A stretch of 64,000 bases of DNA from Paramoeba atlantica (taxonomy: Eukaryota > Protista > Discosea): positions 1,116,001 to 1,180,000 of the forward strand of contig CDRNVI010000030.1 of the NCBI GenBank assembly GCA_977017575.1. Reading direction: 5' to 3'. This document shows, in pieces, positions 21,211 through 31,896 of this stretch. Within the stretch, counting starts at the first letter, position 1; each line of letters begins with the position of its first letter. The position numbers were made by a program, and so were the translations under genes. A model generated the notes under the pieces. It worked only from the letters and a program-made list of their open reading frames with translations, had not been told where the DNA came from and did no database searches.

Positions 21211-22044
21211 GCAAGAGAACGGAATGATGCAAACTAAACGAATGATTTACTCTTGACTACACATTTTCAGAAATGTATTAAAGTAAATGTTAAAGTCCTT
21301 AGTACAGTAGTGGGGAACGATATGTGCCCCCTAGAGGTCTTGTGGTGTGTTTTTTTGTTTTTTTTTAATACCACCGTTTTCCGATCCAGTAGCTCCGAAT
21401 CCGCTGTACTAACGTCAAGAGCGCGGGTGTGCGCGCGTGTACATGTATAATGGGAAGCTGCAGGAAAAGATTTTTTCTGGATTAGAATTAGGGAAGGTAA
21501 GGCATCGTGCCTATAAGAAACAATTTTCTACGCTACGACGCTTTTTTTTATGGACAACACCCGTATTATGTAATGTAAACCTACGAAGGTTTACGCGTTT
21601 GTCTAACATTACACGTTCGTTAGTCGGTTATGCGTAACAAACCAAACGTCAGCGTGTGTCGTTATTACACGGTTCTGAATTAGCCATAAGTACCTCCCAC
21701 ACTTCAGTTAAAGAGGATGCTCTCCAGAAGACGAGAAAAGGTAACTATGGAGGGGATTTGCTATCTTGCGGAAGGTTTCGACGGTAATAGAGACTAATGT
21801 TTTTTAAGAAACATGTAAGAAAAAATATGCGAACGATGCGATCTCGGCTTTGAGTCTTTGGGAAAATTGTGACTTCGAAAAAACGCCGCAGGCAATAATG
21901 ATGCTATAGTCCATTCGCAACATCTTCGATGAAACGTTTATGGGTACGTGGCCTATAGGACAGAAAAGAATTTTCTTTGCAAACATTTTCAAGAGGTCTG
22001 CTCTAAGGCGAAAGCTTAATTCGCTAGAGGAGTACTTCTCGACT

Positions 22045-22110
22045 TACTGTGACCCCTCTTTAATTGGGATCGATTTTTGGATTCTGTCCGTATTAAAGGA
22101 TCAGGGGGGG
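22045..22110. mobile_element. Degenerate mini inverted-repeat element
   Basis: TACTGTGACCCCTCTTTAAT ... ATTAAAGGATCAGGGGGGG; left end nearly identical to 50941-50959. Confidence 0.35.
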
Positions 22111-22247
22111 AATTCAACGTCCCTGACATATCGTCTTCGCAAAATGTCAAAAACTGAGAAACGCAAAACGTCAAAAACTGAGGGGATGCACTTGATGATT
22201 GTAAGTCAGGGGGTGTAAGGGTATTGCAGGTTTTTTGTTATTGTAGT

Positions 22248-23405
22248 CTAACACTCACTCACGGAAATGTCGGTTCGACTTCCAATTTTACATGCCTGTT
22301 GCCTTAACGGGGTGATAAGCTGCTGTATTTTTTTCATTTCTTCATAGGCTCCCTCTGCACTATAGATAGCTACACAGCTCGCAACACTTTTCGCAGGCAT
22401 GGACAACACAGCACGTAGTCTAGAAGTGCTTAGGGCATAAACGTAATCGATGGCCTGAGCCGCACAGGTCTCTGCTACCTTTCGACACAATTTATCAAGC
22501 ACGCTCTCCCCACGCACAGGTTCCAGATCTGGTGCAAGGATACATAACTTGACACGATTTCGGTCCAGCCCCTTCAATGCTTGTTTGAGGCCCACTACAT
22601 AACGCTGCCGTGCTTTTGTTCGTAGTGGTTGGTGTGTTTTTAATTTCTGTTGATAACTTTGCAACTTCTTAAGAAGTTGAGTCACTGCCTCGTCGAGTTC
22701 CTGGCTAATTGCATTGTCTACGTAATTCCTGATGCGTGGAACCTCGGGTGATCCTATTGGGTTCGTTAGTCGTTTATCCATTTCCGTTGCGTTTTTGTGA
22801 AGATAATATGCAAGTTCGGATGGAGGGAATAAACTCCAAGAGGCCTCCGGGTGGCGTAGAAGATGCTGTGAAGCTTCGGGGTTTCGACTTCCTCCTGCAG
22901 ATGCCTTCCTACAAAAAAGACCAGCTACGTTAAAAAGTGTATTTAGATGAGGTCGTATATTCCACACGTTCCAGTCATGTAGAGCGGCAGATCCATTGTC
23001 CTTGTACAAAGCCGTAAAAAGACTTGACAAATGTCGAAAACTCGAAGAGGGGTCTGATTCGTCGTAAATTTCTTGCCGAGAACTCCGGACCTGCTGTTTT
23101 AGTGATGTGGGTTTCGGAGGGCGAATCGTTTTCTGCCTACCAGATTGCACATTTTCCCCGGTCGGGTTGCTTCCCGTATGTGTTTTATTCACCGATGATG
23201 ACGCACTAAAAAATTTTGCTGCAGCCTCATTTTTAGCAGAACTACGAGTGTCGCTTTGTCTGCAATGTGACATATCCAGACGGAGAAAATCTTGACCCTT
23301 CTTCTTGGTTCCCTCGCTAAATGTTGAAGATGACCCACTTAATTGATAAACTCTGCCATGACGCTTCGAAGATGAAATAGAGTGCTCAGCAGCCGAAGGA
23401 CGCAT
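22248..23405 (-). CDS. SECISBP2: SECIS-binding protein 2-like (SID + L7Ae domain)
   Basis: RNYVDNAISQELDEAVTQLLKKLQSYQ...KARQRYVVGLKQ.LK.L....VKLCILAPDLE...LD aligns by eye with SBP2 R.YC.Q.LS.E.D..V..LL.EL..FQ...K.KRRLV.GLREV.K. Confidence 0.82.
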   Translation of the reverse strand: MRPSAAEHSISSSKRHGRVYQLSGSSSTFSEGTKKKGQDFLRLDMSHCRQSDTRSSAKNEAAAKFFSASSSVNKTHTGSNPTGENVQSGRQKTIRPPKPTSLKQQVRSSRQEIYDESDPSSSFRHLSSLFTALYKDNGSAALHDWNVWNIRPHLNTLFNVAGLFCRKASAGGSRNPEASQHLLRHPEASWSLFPPSELAYYLHKNATEMDKRLTNPIGSPEVPRIRNYVDNAISQELDEAVTQLLKKLQSYQQKLKTHQPLRTKARQRYVVGLKQALKGLDRNRVKLCILAPDLEPVRGESVLDKLCRKVAETCAAQAIDYVYALSTSRLRAVLSMPAKSVASCVAIYSAEGAYEEMKKIQQLITPLRQQACKIGSRTDISVSEC

Positions 23406-23643
23406 TACTTCAAAAAGAAACTAAAAAGACACTCCCAATACGTCGGATTCGTGCTATTCCTTTCATAAATTCGAGTGTTATAAGGAAATGTTTTTAATTT
23501 TGACAATGAGCTCTTCTTAAATTCTAGGAGATCTCCCCACTTTAAAAAAATGTCCTAGCAGCATGAAACGAATCTATCAAGAAAACCCTAATTTCTCCAA
23601 AACAAAAAATCGCATCATCTGCCCTCTTCGTTGCTGCAACATA

Positions 23644-24303
23644 TCAAGAAAACCCTAATTTCTCCAAAATATCTTGATTTCGCATCATCTGCTCTCTTCG
23701 TTGTTGCTGCAAAGCGGATCCCATTCCCTGATTATAGAATTCCTCCTGTCCTTCGGCGTCGGACTCGGAGTCAGACGTCAATCTCTTTTTTTTTCTTGCA
23801 ACTCTACTGGAAATGTGTGTACTGGTCTGTGAAGAGCTTGATTCGCTTATCGATTCGTCCACCGAGCTTTCTGTTTGTGGACATTCCTGTATCCTGTCAT
23901 CTGCCTTTCTTTTCCCCCCTTTTCGCCTCTTTGAGTGATCTGATTCTTCTTCCGCCAATGCAGAGGTGCCTGTACCCTCCCCGGAGGAGGCTTCCTCGCT
24001 TGCTTGGGAGGCCTCTATGGAGCGTTGATCCGGAAGATCTCTCTCCGCACGGTTTGAATCGATCCGACTTCGCCTGTTCCTGGGCCTTCGTGCATTGCCC
24101 CGTCTCACCCGTTCCCTCATCTCGTCGGTGAAGACATCCATGAAATGCCCAATTGCGGTAATGGACCAGGACTGGGGTGTGATGCTGGGGTAGTGGTTGC
24201 AGTAGGGACACTCAACGGATCCATTGGATTGGTACACACAGGCGGAGCACAGGTAATACTCCTTGTCCGATTGATACGCCCCAGAGGTAAGATGGCTGAG
24301 CAT
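23644..24303 (-). CDS. Hypothetical protein, N-terminal C4 zinc ribbon and charged tail
   Basis: CSAC-x10-CPYC; C-terminal RREQMMRNQDILEKLG helix. Confidence 0.6.
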   Translation of the reverse strand: MLSHLTSGAYQSDKEYYLCSACVYQSNGSVECPYCNHYPSITPQSWSITAIGHFMDVFTDEMRERVRRGNARRPRNRRSRIDSNRAERDLPDQRSIEASQASEEASSGEGTGTSALAEEESDHSKRRKGGKRKADDRIQECPQTESSVDESISESSSSQTSTHISSRVARKKKRLTSDSESDAEGQEEFYNQGMGSALQQQRREQMMRNQDILEKLGFS

Positions 24304-24477
24304 AGATGCTGGTGTATTAAGAGGTTAAAAATGAAAATAAATTTCTGTAAAATGGTTTTTTCTTGCCTCTTTAAACAACTTCTAAAAGCCTATAAAAATT
24401 GAACATGAATAAGTAAAGTTTAGGGTATTTAGTGGAGATAGGTATTTTTTAACAGCCTGAATTCCGAATCCATCCAC

Positions 24478-26049
24478 CTACCGTTTAAAATTCCTCATAT
24501 TCTGTTTCTTCCCCCTCCCTTTCAGCTTGCTCACCCGCGCGGGTTTATACCCCGGAACGCGTGCCTCAGGCGCCACCGTCCGTCGTTTATTCTGATTAAA
24601 CCGTCTTTGGTTTTCTATTTTTCGTTGTATTTTCTTTTTCATACGGAATTTGGTGTGCAAACTTGTCTTTGTCGTCACCAGCCGCTCTGCATCTTCTTTT
24701 CGCTTCTCCGATTCTCTCTTTCGTTTACGCACCGGTGGGGCGGGAGGTGCCCTCGGTTTTTGTACCCTCGACACGCGATCCTGGACGACACAAAAATGGG
24801 AAGGGTAGGCTTGGAGAAACGACTTAAGACTCGTGGTGAGGAGCCCGTCATAGCGCAGATTAAACTGACCCCAGGGCATGTCGAGACGATCGCCCAGTGT
24901 GCCCAGAGGCAAGGAGCGGCCAGGGCTTGCCGGGAGATGCCCGAGGAGCTCATCGAGCGCCATCGAGCGGTACGCCTCCTTTCGTTCATGCGCCTCCGCG
25001 CGTCGCGGCATGGAGAGCGTTGTGATGCCATCCGCTGTGGCTTTATGGTATTGTTTTTTAAGATGAAGTAATTTGGCTGTTGGGTTGTTGGCTTTACTTG
25101 TCGTTGTTGCTGGTTTTTGTGCAGTCGAGGTGACGGTAAAATATCCGGATCGATGAAGGAGTTGGGGGAAACTTCCCCATAAGGCATCGAGGTGAAAGGG
25201 AGACCACCCGGAGCGGTGTTCTACTACGAAGAGGGGGAGTGGGGAAGATAACGCGTGGGCGATGGTGTGACAAAAGATTTGAAGAAATTCGCCACATTGG
25301 GATCCGTAACGGGCTTCGAAGGGACTGGGAATTGTCCAACTGTGGGGGAGTGTGATGATGTGGGGTACACCAAAAAGTTCTGACAGATCATCGGTGGTGG
25401 TTTCTTCAAGATGTCGACGTAAATAGGAAAGAATAGCAATGTGAAGAAGGTCGTGTTCCGAGTGAGTTTTAAAGCTGCTTTTGTTTAAGATGGCTCGGCA
25501 GTGCAGGAGGCAACGAGACAAATGTTTCTGGGAGATAAAGGCTGCATGAAGCGCCCATAGCAAAAGAATTCCTGTTACCTCTTCGAACTTCACACACATT
25601 CCTTCCCATGGTTTCGAAAGAGAATTCCGCGCTGCGGATTCATAATCAAAGTCTTCTAGCCTGGAGCCTAGCTCGTTTGATGATGTGGTGGGCGTATATG
25701 TTAAGCATCTTTTGCTGTTATAGTCGCCAGATATGGTTCGAAAATATTTACCTTCATTAGAAAATGCATTTTTCAGTCCTGCGTCTTTCATTTTTCCCTC
25801 CACATCCTCCTCAGCATCGTGATTTTTTAAACCAATAGGTGAGGTTCTAAGCTCCACATTCTGGGAATCTGTCGGTTTAATGACCTTGCTTACTTTGCGT
25901 GGAGCTCTATGATGCTGTTTCCTGTGCTCCGGCCAGAGAGAACGAAAACACTCTTGAGAACAGAAGAACCCCTTTTTGGGGTCTGGAAGACAATCTGGGC
26001 ATTGGAATTTCGGAGGTTTGCTGCAATTTTCGCAAGACACGGAATTCAT
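24478..26049 (-). CDS. Protein with MetAP1-type zf-C6H2/MYND-like finger and basic, nucleolar-like C-terminus
   Basis: CENC...QCPDC.....FFCSQECF...W.EHR..H; no MetAP catalytic domain recognised. Confidence 0.7.
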   Translation of the reverse strand: MNSVSCENCSKPPKFQCPDCLPDPKKGFFCSQECFRSLWPEHRKQHHRAPRKVSKVIKPTDSQNVELRTSPIGLKNHDAEEDVEGKMKDAGLKNAFSNEGKYFRTISGDYNSKRCLTYTPTTSSNELGSRLEDFDYESAARNSLSKPWEGMCVKFEEVTGILLLWALHAAFISQKHLSRCLLHCRAILNKSSFKTHSEHDLLHIAILSYLRRHLEETTTDDLSELFGVPHIITLPHSWTIPSPFEARYGSQCGEFLQIFCHTIAHALSSPLPLFVVEHRSGWSPFHLDALWGSFPQLLHRSGYFTVTSTAQKPATTTSKANNPTAKLLHLKKQYHKATADGITTLSMPRRAEAHERKEAYRSMALDELLGHLPASPGRSLPLGTLGDRLDMPWGQFNLRYDGLLTTSLKSFLQAYPSHFCVVQDRVSRVQKPRAPPAPPVRKRKRESEKRKEDAERLVTTKTSLHTKFRMKKKIQRKIENQRRFNQNKRRTVAPEARVPGYKPARVSKLKGRGKKQNMRNFKR

Positions 26050-26444
26050 GCTAAGGCTGGCTGCGAAATGTAATTATTTTTACGAATTGCTATAGTTTCA
26101 TACATATCGCATTTTTAACAAATGTCGAAATAACAAGAATTTATACAATGTAGCACACTTATTCGGAAGAACCTTATGATAACCTAATGATAACGTGTTG
26201 AGACTGAAAAACCTCAGGCAATCATGTCCAATTTTATGAACGCAGCAACTCTTCCCAGTCCTTTTGTTGAGCTGCAATAGTTGAGCTATGTCTCTTTGTA
26301 TCTATCTGAAAAACGTACAAATATTACTGTCCTGCATTCACAAAATCTATCAAATCAAATACTTCACAATATCTACATGTTCTTCACCTCCCGAGCTGCA
26401 TCTCTACTAAATCACATTCAACCGTAGTTATTTCTATCCTTTGC

Positions 26445-26774
26445 CTAATATCCATACACCCGTTGTCCATTACGTGCGAGAGCGTAAATCACGTCCTGTA
26501 CGGACACAGTCCGCGCCTTTCGGTGCTCGCAGCATGCCTCAATAGTCCGAAGGTACCCCTTCAAGCGATCTGCACACAACCGACGCACCTCATCGTAGAT
26601 CAGAGAGGACACGCGCTTCACCCCCGCACGTCGCGCCAATCGGCGGATGCAAGGATTCGTCAGACGAGACACATCGCTCGTTCTTGTGCTGTTTTGTCGC
26701 TTCGAGTGACCTTTTTCGCTGGTGGGCTTCTTGCGCAGGCCCTCGGAGTGTCCAGATTGATTCACTGTTACCAT
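26445..26774 (-). CDS. H4: Divergent histone H4
   Basis: IRRLARRAGVKRVSSLIYDEVR and RTVSVQDVIYAL.R.G..VYGY histone-fold motifs. Confidence 0.9.
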   Translation of the reverse strand: MVTVNQSGHSEGLRKKPTSEKGHSKRQNSTRTSDVSRLTNPCIRRLARRAGVKRVSSLIYDEVRRLCADRLKGYLRTIEACCEHRKARTVSVQDVIYALARNGQRVYGY

Positions 26775-26879
26775 ATCTTAGAAAGCGTTGAATAAATAGA
26801 AAAAGATGATTCAATCAAAACGAAATCACTTCACAAAATCTTGTTCTTCTAGAAAAATATGTTTTCAGAAATTTACATG

Positions 26880-26955
26880 AAATCTCGGTAGAGCTATCAG
26901 CTGCAAAGTCATCGCCTATTTTTAAGACCGACAGAGAGCTAGCGATCTACCTTAC
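26880..26955 (-). ncRNA. Candidate single-hairpin H/ACA-like (AGA-box) snoRNA, copy 1
   Basis: Minus strand GGTAGA...TCTACC basal stem followed by G-AGA-TTT (AGA 3 nt from the repeat end); internal loop; apical stem with TAAAAAT loop; ~75 nt. Confidence 0.5.
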
Positions 26956-27253
26956 TGCACGCATTGCTATTCCGAGAAAAACGATCGCCCTCGTTCTCGG
27001 AACCAAAGAGCAGTGCTGCGGGTCAAAAAATGTGTGCGGAAAGGGATATTTGAAAGTGAATCATAAATTATTATTTTTTCAGAAAAATATTTTCTGCATA
27101 CGAATACGCAAACTTTAACTTAGCATTCTCATGATAACTCAGTTGCACTTAACAATTCTTTAACAATATTAAGCACAACACAAACTCATTTCTCAGAAAA
27201 GGGATTACCTGTCAAATAATAATGCAATAATAATAATGCAGCACCAGTGCATA

Positions 27254-27326
27254 AAATCTCGGTAGAGCTATCAGCTGCAAAGTCATCGCCTATTAAGACC
27301 GACAGAGAGCTAGCGATCTACCTTAC
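27254..27326 (-). ncRNA. Candidate AGA-box snoRNA, copy 2
   Basis: Identical to copy 1 except a 3-nt indel confined to the apical loop. Confidence 0.5.
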
Positions 27327-27413
27327 AGGTGAGCCGTACGTTTTATGTACAAGAATACACGTTGTATTCAGATGAATACATGTTTCCGTAAATTCTTATA
27401 AGGAATTCTTTAA

Positions 27414-28325
27414 CTATGACTGTTTCTTCGTAACCTGTTTTTTTGAGGTAATCAGCTGTACCTCTGGCAGGGGTACAGGCTCACGTTTTTCCCGGTATTT
27501 CGTCTTACGCACCATGGGGGGATATACCCCACGGCTTTTGTGTCCCTCAAGCAGGTGTGTCGCCAGCCGGGCGAGTCTTCGGCTGTAGTCCACCCGACGC
27601 GTAGGCACCGCGCTGTATCGTGGGGGTAAGCCCAGCATCTCACGTCTACGGCGAACCATGGCTTGTAAATCAAGCATTCGTTGCCGGGCGTAGGCCTCTC
27701 GTGAGGCTCGATATTTATTATGGTCCTGTCGCAACTGCGGTCTCTCCGCGGAGGGGTCACTGTGCTCGTAGCGTCGAGCCGCTTCTCGTCGAGAGAACTC
27801 CGTAACTCGTTTTTTTACAGGAAGCATAGCGAGATGGGATTTGTGTCGCAGATCCATAGATTTGAGATTGAGGCTCTGTGCGGATAGCAGCCATTTGAGA
27901 CTAGGGGAGGGAAGTTGATGAACCCAAAGGGGGTAAAGTTGTTTCTGTGTTCCGAGCATAAAGGCCTCCCGGCGATCCTCATAACGAATCCCGTGTGAGT
28001 CTTCTAGGCGTCTCAAAATCAGCTCCCTGTCCTTTGGTACTGTGTTGTTTTTTAATGGATTTGGGCTAGGAGACTGACCTTTTTGAGAAAAATCTTCCTT
28101 ATTATTGGTTGAGGACTCGGAGGTAACGCTAGGTGAAGGTGTTGTCGCACCAACAGCAGATATTGTATTTTTCTTTAGATTGCCGTTACCGTAATGATCT
28201 TGTGATCGATTCCACAATTTAGAAATAGATGGAAATGGAGAGCTGGCATGAGACTTCGAGAACGAGTAGTACAGTCCTCGAGGTGTAAGTGGATGCACAC
28301 CTTCTAAAAGGCAAACTCGTTGCAT
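27414..28325 (-). CDS. Basic hypothetical protein, probably mitochondrial RNA-associated
   Basis: 303-aa ORF on the gene strand, presequence-like N-terminus, Arg/Lys-rich helical C-half. Confidence 0.65.
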   Translation of the reverse strand: MQRVCLLEGVHPLTPRGLYYSFSKSHASSPFPSISKLWNRSQDHYGNGNLKKNTISAVGATTPSPSVTSESSTNNKEDFSQKGQSPSPNPLKNNTVPKDRELILRRLEDSHGIRYEDRREAFMLGTQKQLYPLWVHQLPSPSLKWLLSAQSLNLKSMDLRHKSHLAMLPVKKRVTEFSRREAARRYEHSDPSAERPQLRQDHNKYRASREAYARQRMLDLQAMVRRRREMLGLPPRYSAVPTRRVDYSRRLARLATHLLEGHKSRGVYPPMVRKTKYREKREPVPLPEVQLITSKKQVTKKQS

Positions 28326-28514
28326 TCCTTATTGACAATTTAGTATCTCCTTCGATAAGTTATTGTTTTGTTCTTTACATGTAGAAAGTTAATCAAGGTA
28401 AGTAGGAGTTAAAATTCGTATTATGTAAAGCTACAGATCGCTTGTTTGGCTCTGGCGGCATCCCACCTCTTAAATACACTGTAACTTCGAACAGGTTTGA
28501 TATAGTGTTATTTG

Positions 28515-29165
28515 TCAAAATCTAAAATCGACTAATGATGGAACACTTGATGTTGCATAAACCTGGTTGCCTCGTAGCTCGATATGTTTTATTGAATCCG
28601 GAAGTTTTGAAAAATCGACTGGACCTACAAAACGATTATTACTTAGAGATAGATAACCCAAGCTTGTAGGGAGTGACGTAAGATCTAGTGTTCCGCTGAA
28701 TTGGTTTTCCTGAATTCTCAAATCCTGTATTTCGGGCGGTAGCATCGTCAAGTCGACAGAACCAAAATGCTTGCAACGTGCAATGCTTAAATTGATCAGT
28801 GATGCAGGTAGATACGCAATGGGCAAGGTTCCCGTAAGTAGTCGCTGAAAAGCCGTCGTACAATTCAGAGTAGTGTCCGGCATGTATCGCCACAATAAAT
28901 TACCCGCGAGGCCGGCTGGACCACCTGAAAAAGGGGGATTTGCGAATGCGATCACCGAAACGCGATAATCGGAATTACAGCGTACATATTCCCAGTCGCA
29001 TGCAGGTCTTTTGTCTGTCCATGAGTAATGCGGATGGGAAATGTTAGACACGAATTGGGCGAGTCGGTATTCCTGAGGGAGGTGTGCAGCTCGAACTTTT
29101 CCAAGTCTACTGGGCTCTGCATCGCGAAACAGCAAATGGACAATTGTATTTCGACAGCAAAACAT
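28515..29165 (-). CDS. Small LRR protein (family copy 3)
   Basis: ACDWEYVRC cap; IQENQFSGTLDLTSLP repeats; ATG at 29165 matches the start of the paralog at 32580. Confidence 0.88.
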   Translation of the reverse strand: MFCCRNTIVHLLFRDAEPSRLGKVRAAHLPQEYRLAQFVSNISHPHYSWTDKRPACDWEYVRCNSDYRVSVIAFANPPFSGGPAGLAGNLLWRYMPDTTLNCTTAFQRLLTGTLPIAYLPASLINLSIARCKHFGSVDLTMLPPEIQDLRIQENQFSGTLDLTSLPTSLGYLSLSNNRFVGPVDFSKLPDSIKHIELRGNQVYATSSVPSLVDFRF

Positions 29166-29796
29166 GCAAACTGAAGCACCAACAAAAAGCAAGAATCACA
29201 AATAGAGAAAGACGTAAACTAGGAGTTATAAACTACAATTCCCATATTCTGTATGAAAATAAAATTACGCCTCAACGTCAATGCACGATATGTTATCTGG
29301 GGTGTAGTTCGTAAGTATAATGTAGAGAAGCAAAAAAAAAGACAGCAAAATCGTTAAAGAATTAAAAAATCGGAAATAACTCGAATGAGGAAATGGTATT
29401 TCTCAGAATTCAATTTCTCCCCGCTAATCGCGTGGTGCACTCATAAAGGTTTTCTAAAACCTTTAAGCTCCGTCTACAAAGTATGTTTAGTCTACCACTT
29501 CATTTCATGCAGCAAGTTTACGCTGCACCCGATCCATCATGACCGTTGAATATTCCTCAAAATTAGGACAACTTCAAAATAGTAACTTACAAAGGGAATT
29601 TTAAATCATGTGTTGACCTTACGGAACAACACGAAGTAAAGTCACATATTTAAAATACCGCTCCGTATAGTAACAGTGCATTGAATCGTCAAGGGCGCCG
29701 ACTACGTTGCACAAAGCTGCTCAGGAATGCTGAAGAGACATCGGAGCACCGTCCGCGATTGCTTTCACTGGTCTCTCAACTTTAAAACGCGTTTCA

Positions 29797-30978
29797 TCAC
29801 TTCTCACCTAATTGCCAATAACTAATATCCACTACTTTTCGCTGTTTCCTTCTTGGTCGGGACGTAATCGGAAGTCGCCTGAAAAGTGCAATGTTGGCTT
29901 TTTTCTCTAGCTCATCCAATGACACCACATAGTCCCACACCTCCTTTGCCGTCACTGGCTCATTCGGAATCTTAAACCCAATCGCCTCCCCTGTGGCGTA
30001 GCAAAACACCGCAAAAAAGAACCCGTGCGGGGTCCCAATCTCATTCGTCTTCTCCACATTCCGTTTCGCCCACAACGGCCCCACCGCAATCGCATGTTTC
30101 CCCCGTCTCAACACCCACCGCCGCACATAACTCTCCAACGACTTCCACCCCTGTCGATTCAACTCCGGGTGTTGCAAACACACATTCGTTAACAGCATCG
30201 TCTGCTGACGACTGCGGTGGGAGAACGTGATGGTCCCCGCGGGGGCGAGATGGCCCCGGTCATACCCCGTCCTCAGGTAATCCCCCGGACTCGCCCTAAA
30301 CCCCTCCGGGACCTCCGGGTCCGGGACGAACGCCTCCCGCTCCCCCCCGTCGAGCTCCACCCCGAGGGAGCCCGCACAGGCGATGTAGGACACCCACAGG
30401 GGGCTTCGTAGGGGGTAGCTGTACCCCACGCAGTACCCGTCGCGGTGGAGGACCAGGTCCGACTTCACGCAGTACCCCGCGCGCCAGTGTCGTCGGAAGG
30501 CGCGGGTGTAGAGCCAGACGTAGGAGAGGTGGCGGTTGGGCCACAGCGCTCGCAGCCACAGTGTGGTGAGGGCAGTGCCGAGGAGGAGACCGGAGAGCAG
30601 GGAGGGGGGGTCCCAGGGGGGGGAGGCGAGGGTGGGGGAGAGGGCAGTGGGGGAGAGGGCGGGGAGGGGAAAGGAGGGGAGACCGGTGGGTTGGAGAAGG
30701 GAGGGGTACCCTCGGTGGTAGGCGGTGGTCAGGAGGTGGTGGGTGTGGGTGAGGGTGGTGTGGTAGAGGGTGGAGAGGTTGTGGAGGTTTTGTTGGAGGG
30801 TTTGTTGGAGGGTTTGTTGGGTTTTTTGCCATGGGGTGAGGGGTGGGGGTGGGGGTTTTCTCCAGAAGTAGAGGCGTTGGAGAGGGGAGGGTTTGGGAGG
30901 GGGTTCTGCGTAGCCTAGGAGGTTGTCGAGGAGAGAACCTGGAGTGGAAGAGGTGAGGTGTGAGTGGTCTCCAAACAT
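29797..30978 (-). CDS. ENDOG: DNA/RNA non-specific endonuclease (EndoG-like, beta-beta-alpha-Me)
   Basis: DYLRTGYDRGHLAPAG, LTN...Q...LNRQGW..LE.YVR; probable start at MFGDH (30978). Confidence 0.88.
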   Translation of the reverse strand: MFGDHSHLTSSTPGSLLDNLLGYAEPPPKPSPLQRLYFWRKPPPPPLTPWQKTQQTLQQTLQQNLHNLSTLYHTTLTHTHHLLTTAYHRGYPSLLQPTGLPSFPLPALSPTALSPTLASPPWDPPSLLSGLLLGTALTTLWLRALWPNRHLSYVWLYTRAFRRHWRAGYCVKSDLVLHRDGYCVGYSYPLRSPLWVSYIACAGSLGVELDGGEREAFVPDPEVPEGFRASPGDYLRTGYDRGHLAPAGTITFSHRSRQQTMLLTNVCLQHPELNRQGWKSLESYVRRWVLRRGKHAIAVGPLWAKRNVEKTNEIGTPHGFFFAVFCYATGEAIGFKIPNEPVTAKEVWDYVVSLDELEKKANIALFRRLPITSRPRRKQRKVVDISYWQLGEK

Positions 30979-31175
30979 GCGATAGGGTGTTTGAAATGCA
31001 TAAAGTAGTACAAGCGCAAAGAAAGGGAACCTATTCCATGTATAGCTAAAGTGTAGATTATGAATACGTGAGATATAAACTTTACTTTGCATTTGTTGTA
31101 TGTTGGTTACAGCATTCGTCAAATTTTAAGTGTGTTATCCGATTTTGATAAAAACGGGGACCTACAATGTTTCTA

Positions 31176-31305
31176 TACGTTATAAGCTTCTGTGCGTTAT
31201 TTTATTACATGCACGTAATTAGCCCCCCCCCCCCCTCAATAGAGTATTTTGCCGAAAACCGTATTAGAAGCATACGTTATAAGTTTCTGTGCGTTATTTT
31301 ATTAC
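31176..31305 (+). repeat. Direct repeat of ~33 bp, each copy followed by a C-run
   Basis: ATACGTTATAAG(C/T)TTCTGTGCGTTATTTTATTAC at ~31175 and ~31272. Confidence 0.8.
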
Positions 31306-31896
31306 CGCCCCCCCTATTTAGTGTTTAGTAAAATTGGGCAAAATTAAACACTTAGTAGGGGAGAGGAATGATCAATATAAAAAAACGTGAAAAATAGATA
31401 GAAAATGAAAAAAATGAAGGGGAAAAATATTGATGGCGGAACTACAGAGGGCGCCTTTTCAGTTGTCTATAAACAAATTACATGCTGGGAAATTAAGAAA
31501 TCTATTTAAAAACTATCGCAAAAGACTTCAATTGGTGATAGAAAAGAAAAGGTATCATACTGGATATTGAATACGTATCTAGCGTCATTCTTACGTCCTC
31601 TACACACGATTAATACTTTCAAAAACATAAAAAATTCAAAAATATGGAAAACAATTAAAAAAGTGTACACCCTCAAACATTGTCTGGTCATTTTAGTAAT
31701 TTTTTTTATTCCAATCATGAAAAGGACAGCGGATTCGAAACGATTGGGTCGAAAAACAGTCCCATGCCAACTATTTCCAAAATCGAACAAGATACAAGAC
31801 CTGTAGGGGGTACATGAAGCTGGACAGGGGTGTATGTACATGCATGTACATGTTTTTATATTCCGAACATTTAGGTGATAGCATTGCCATGTATAT

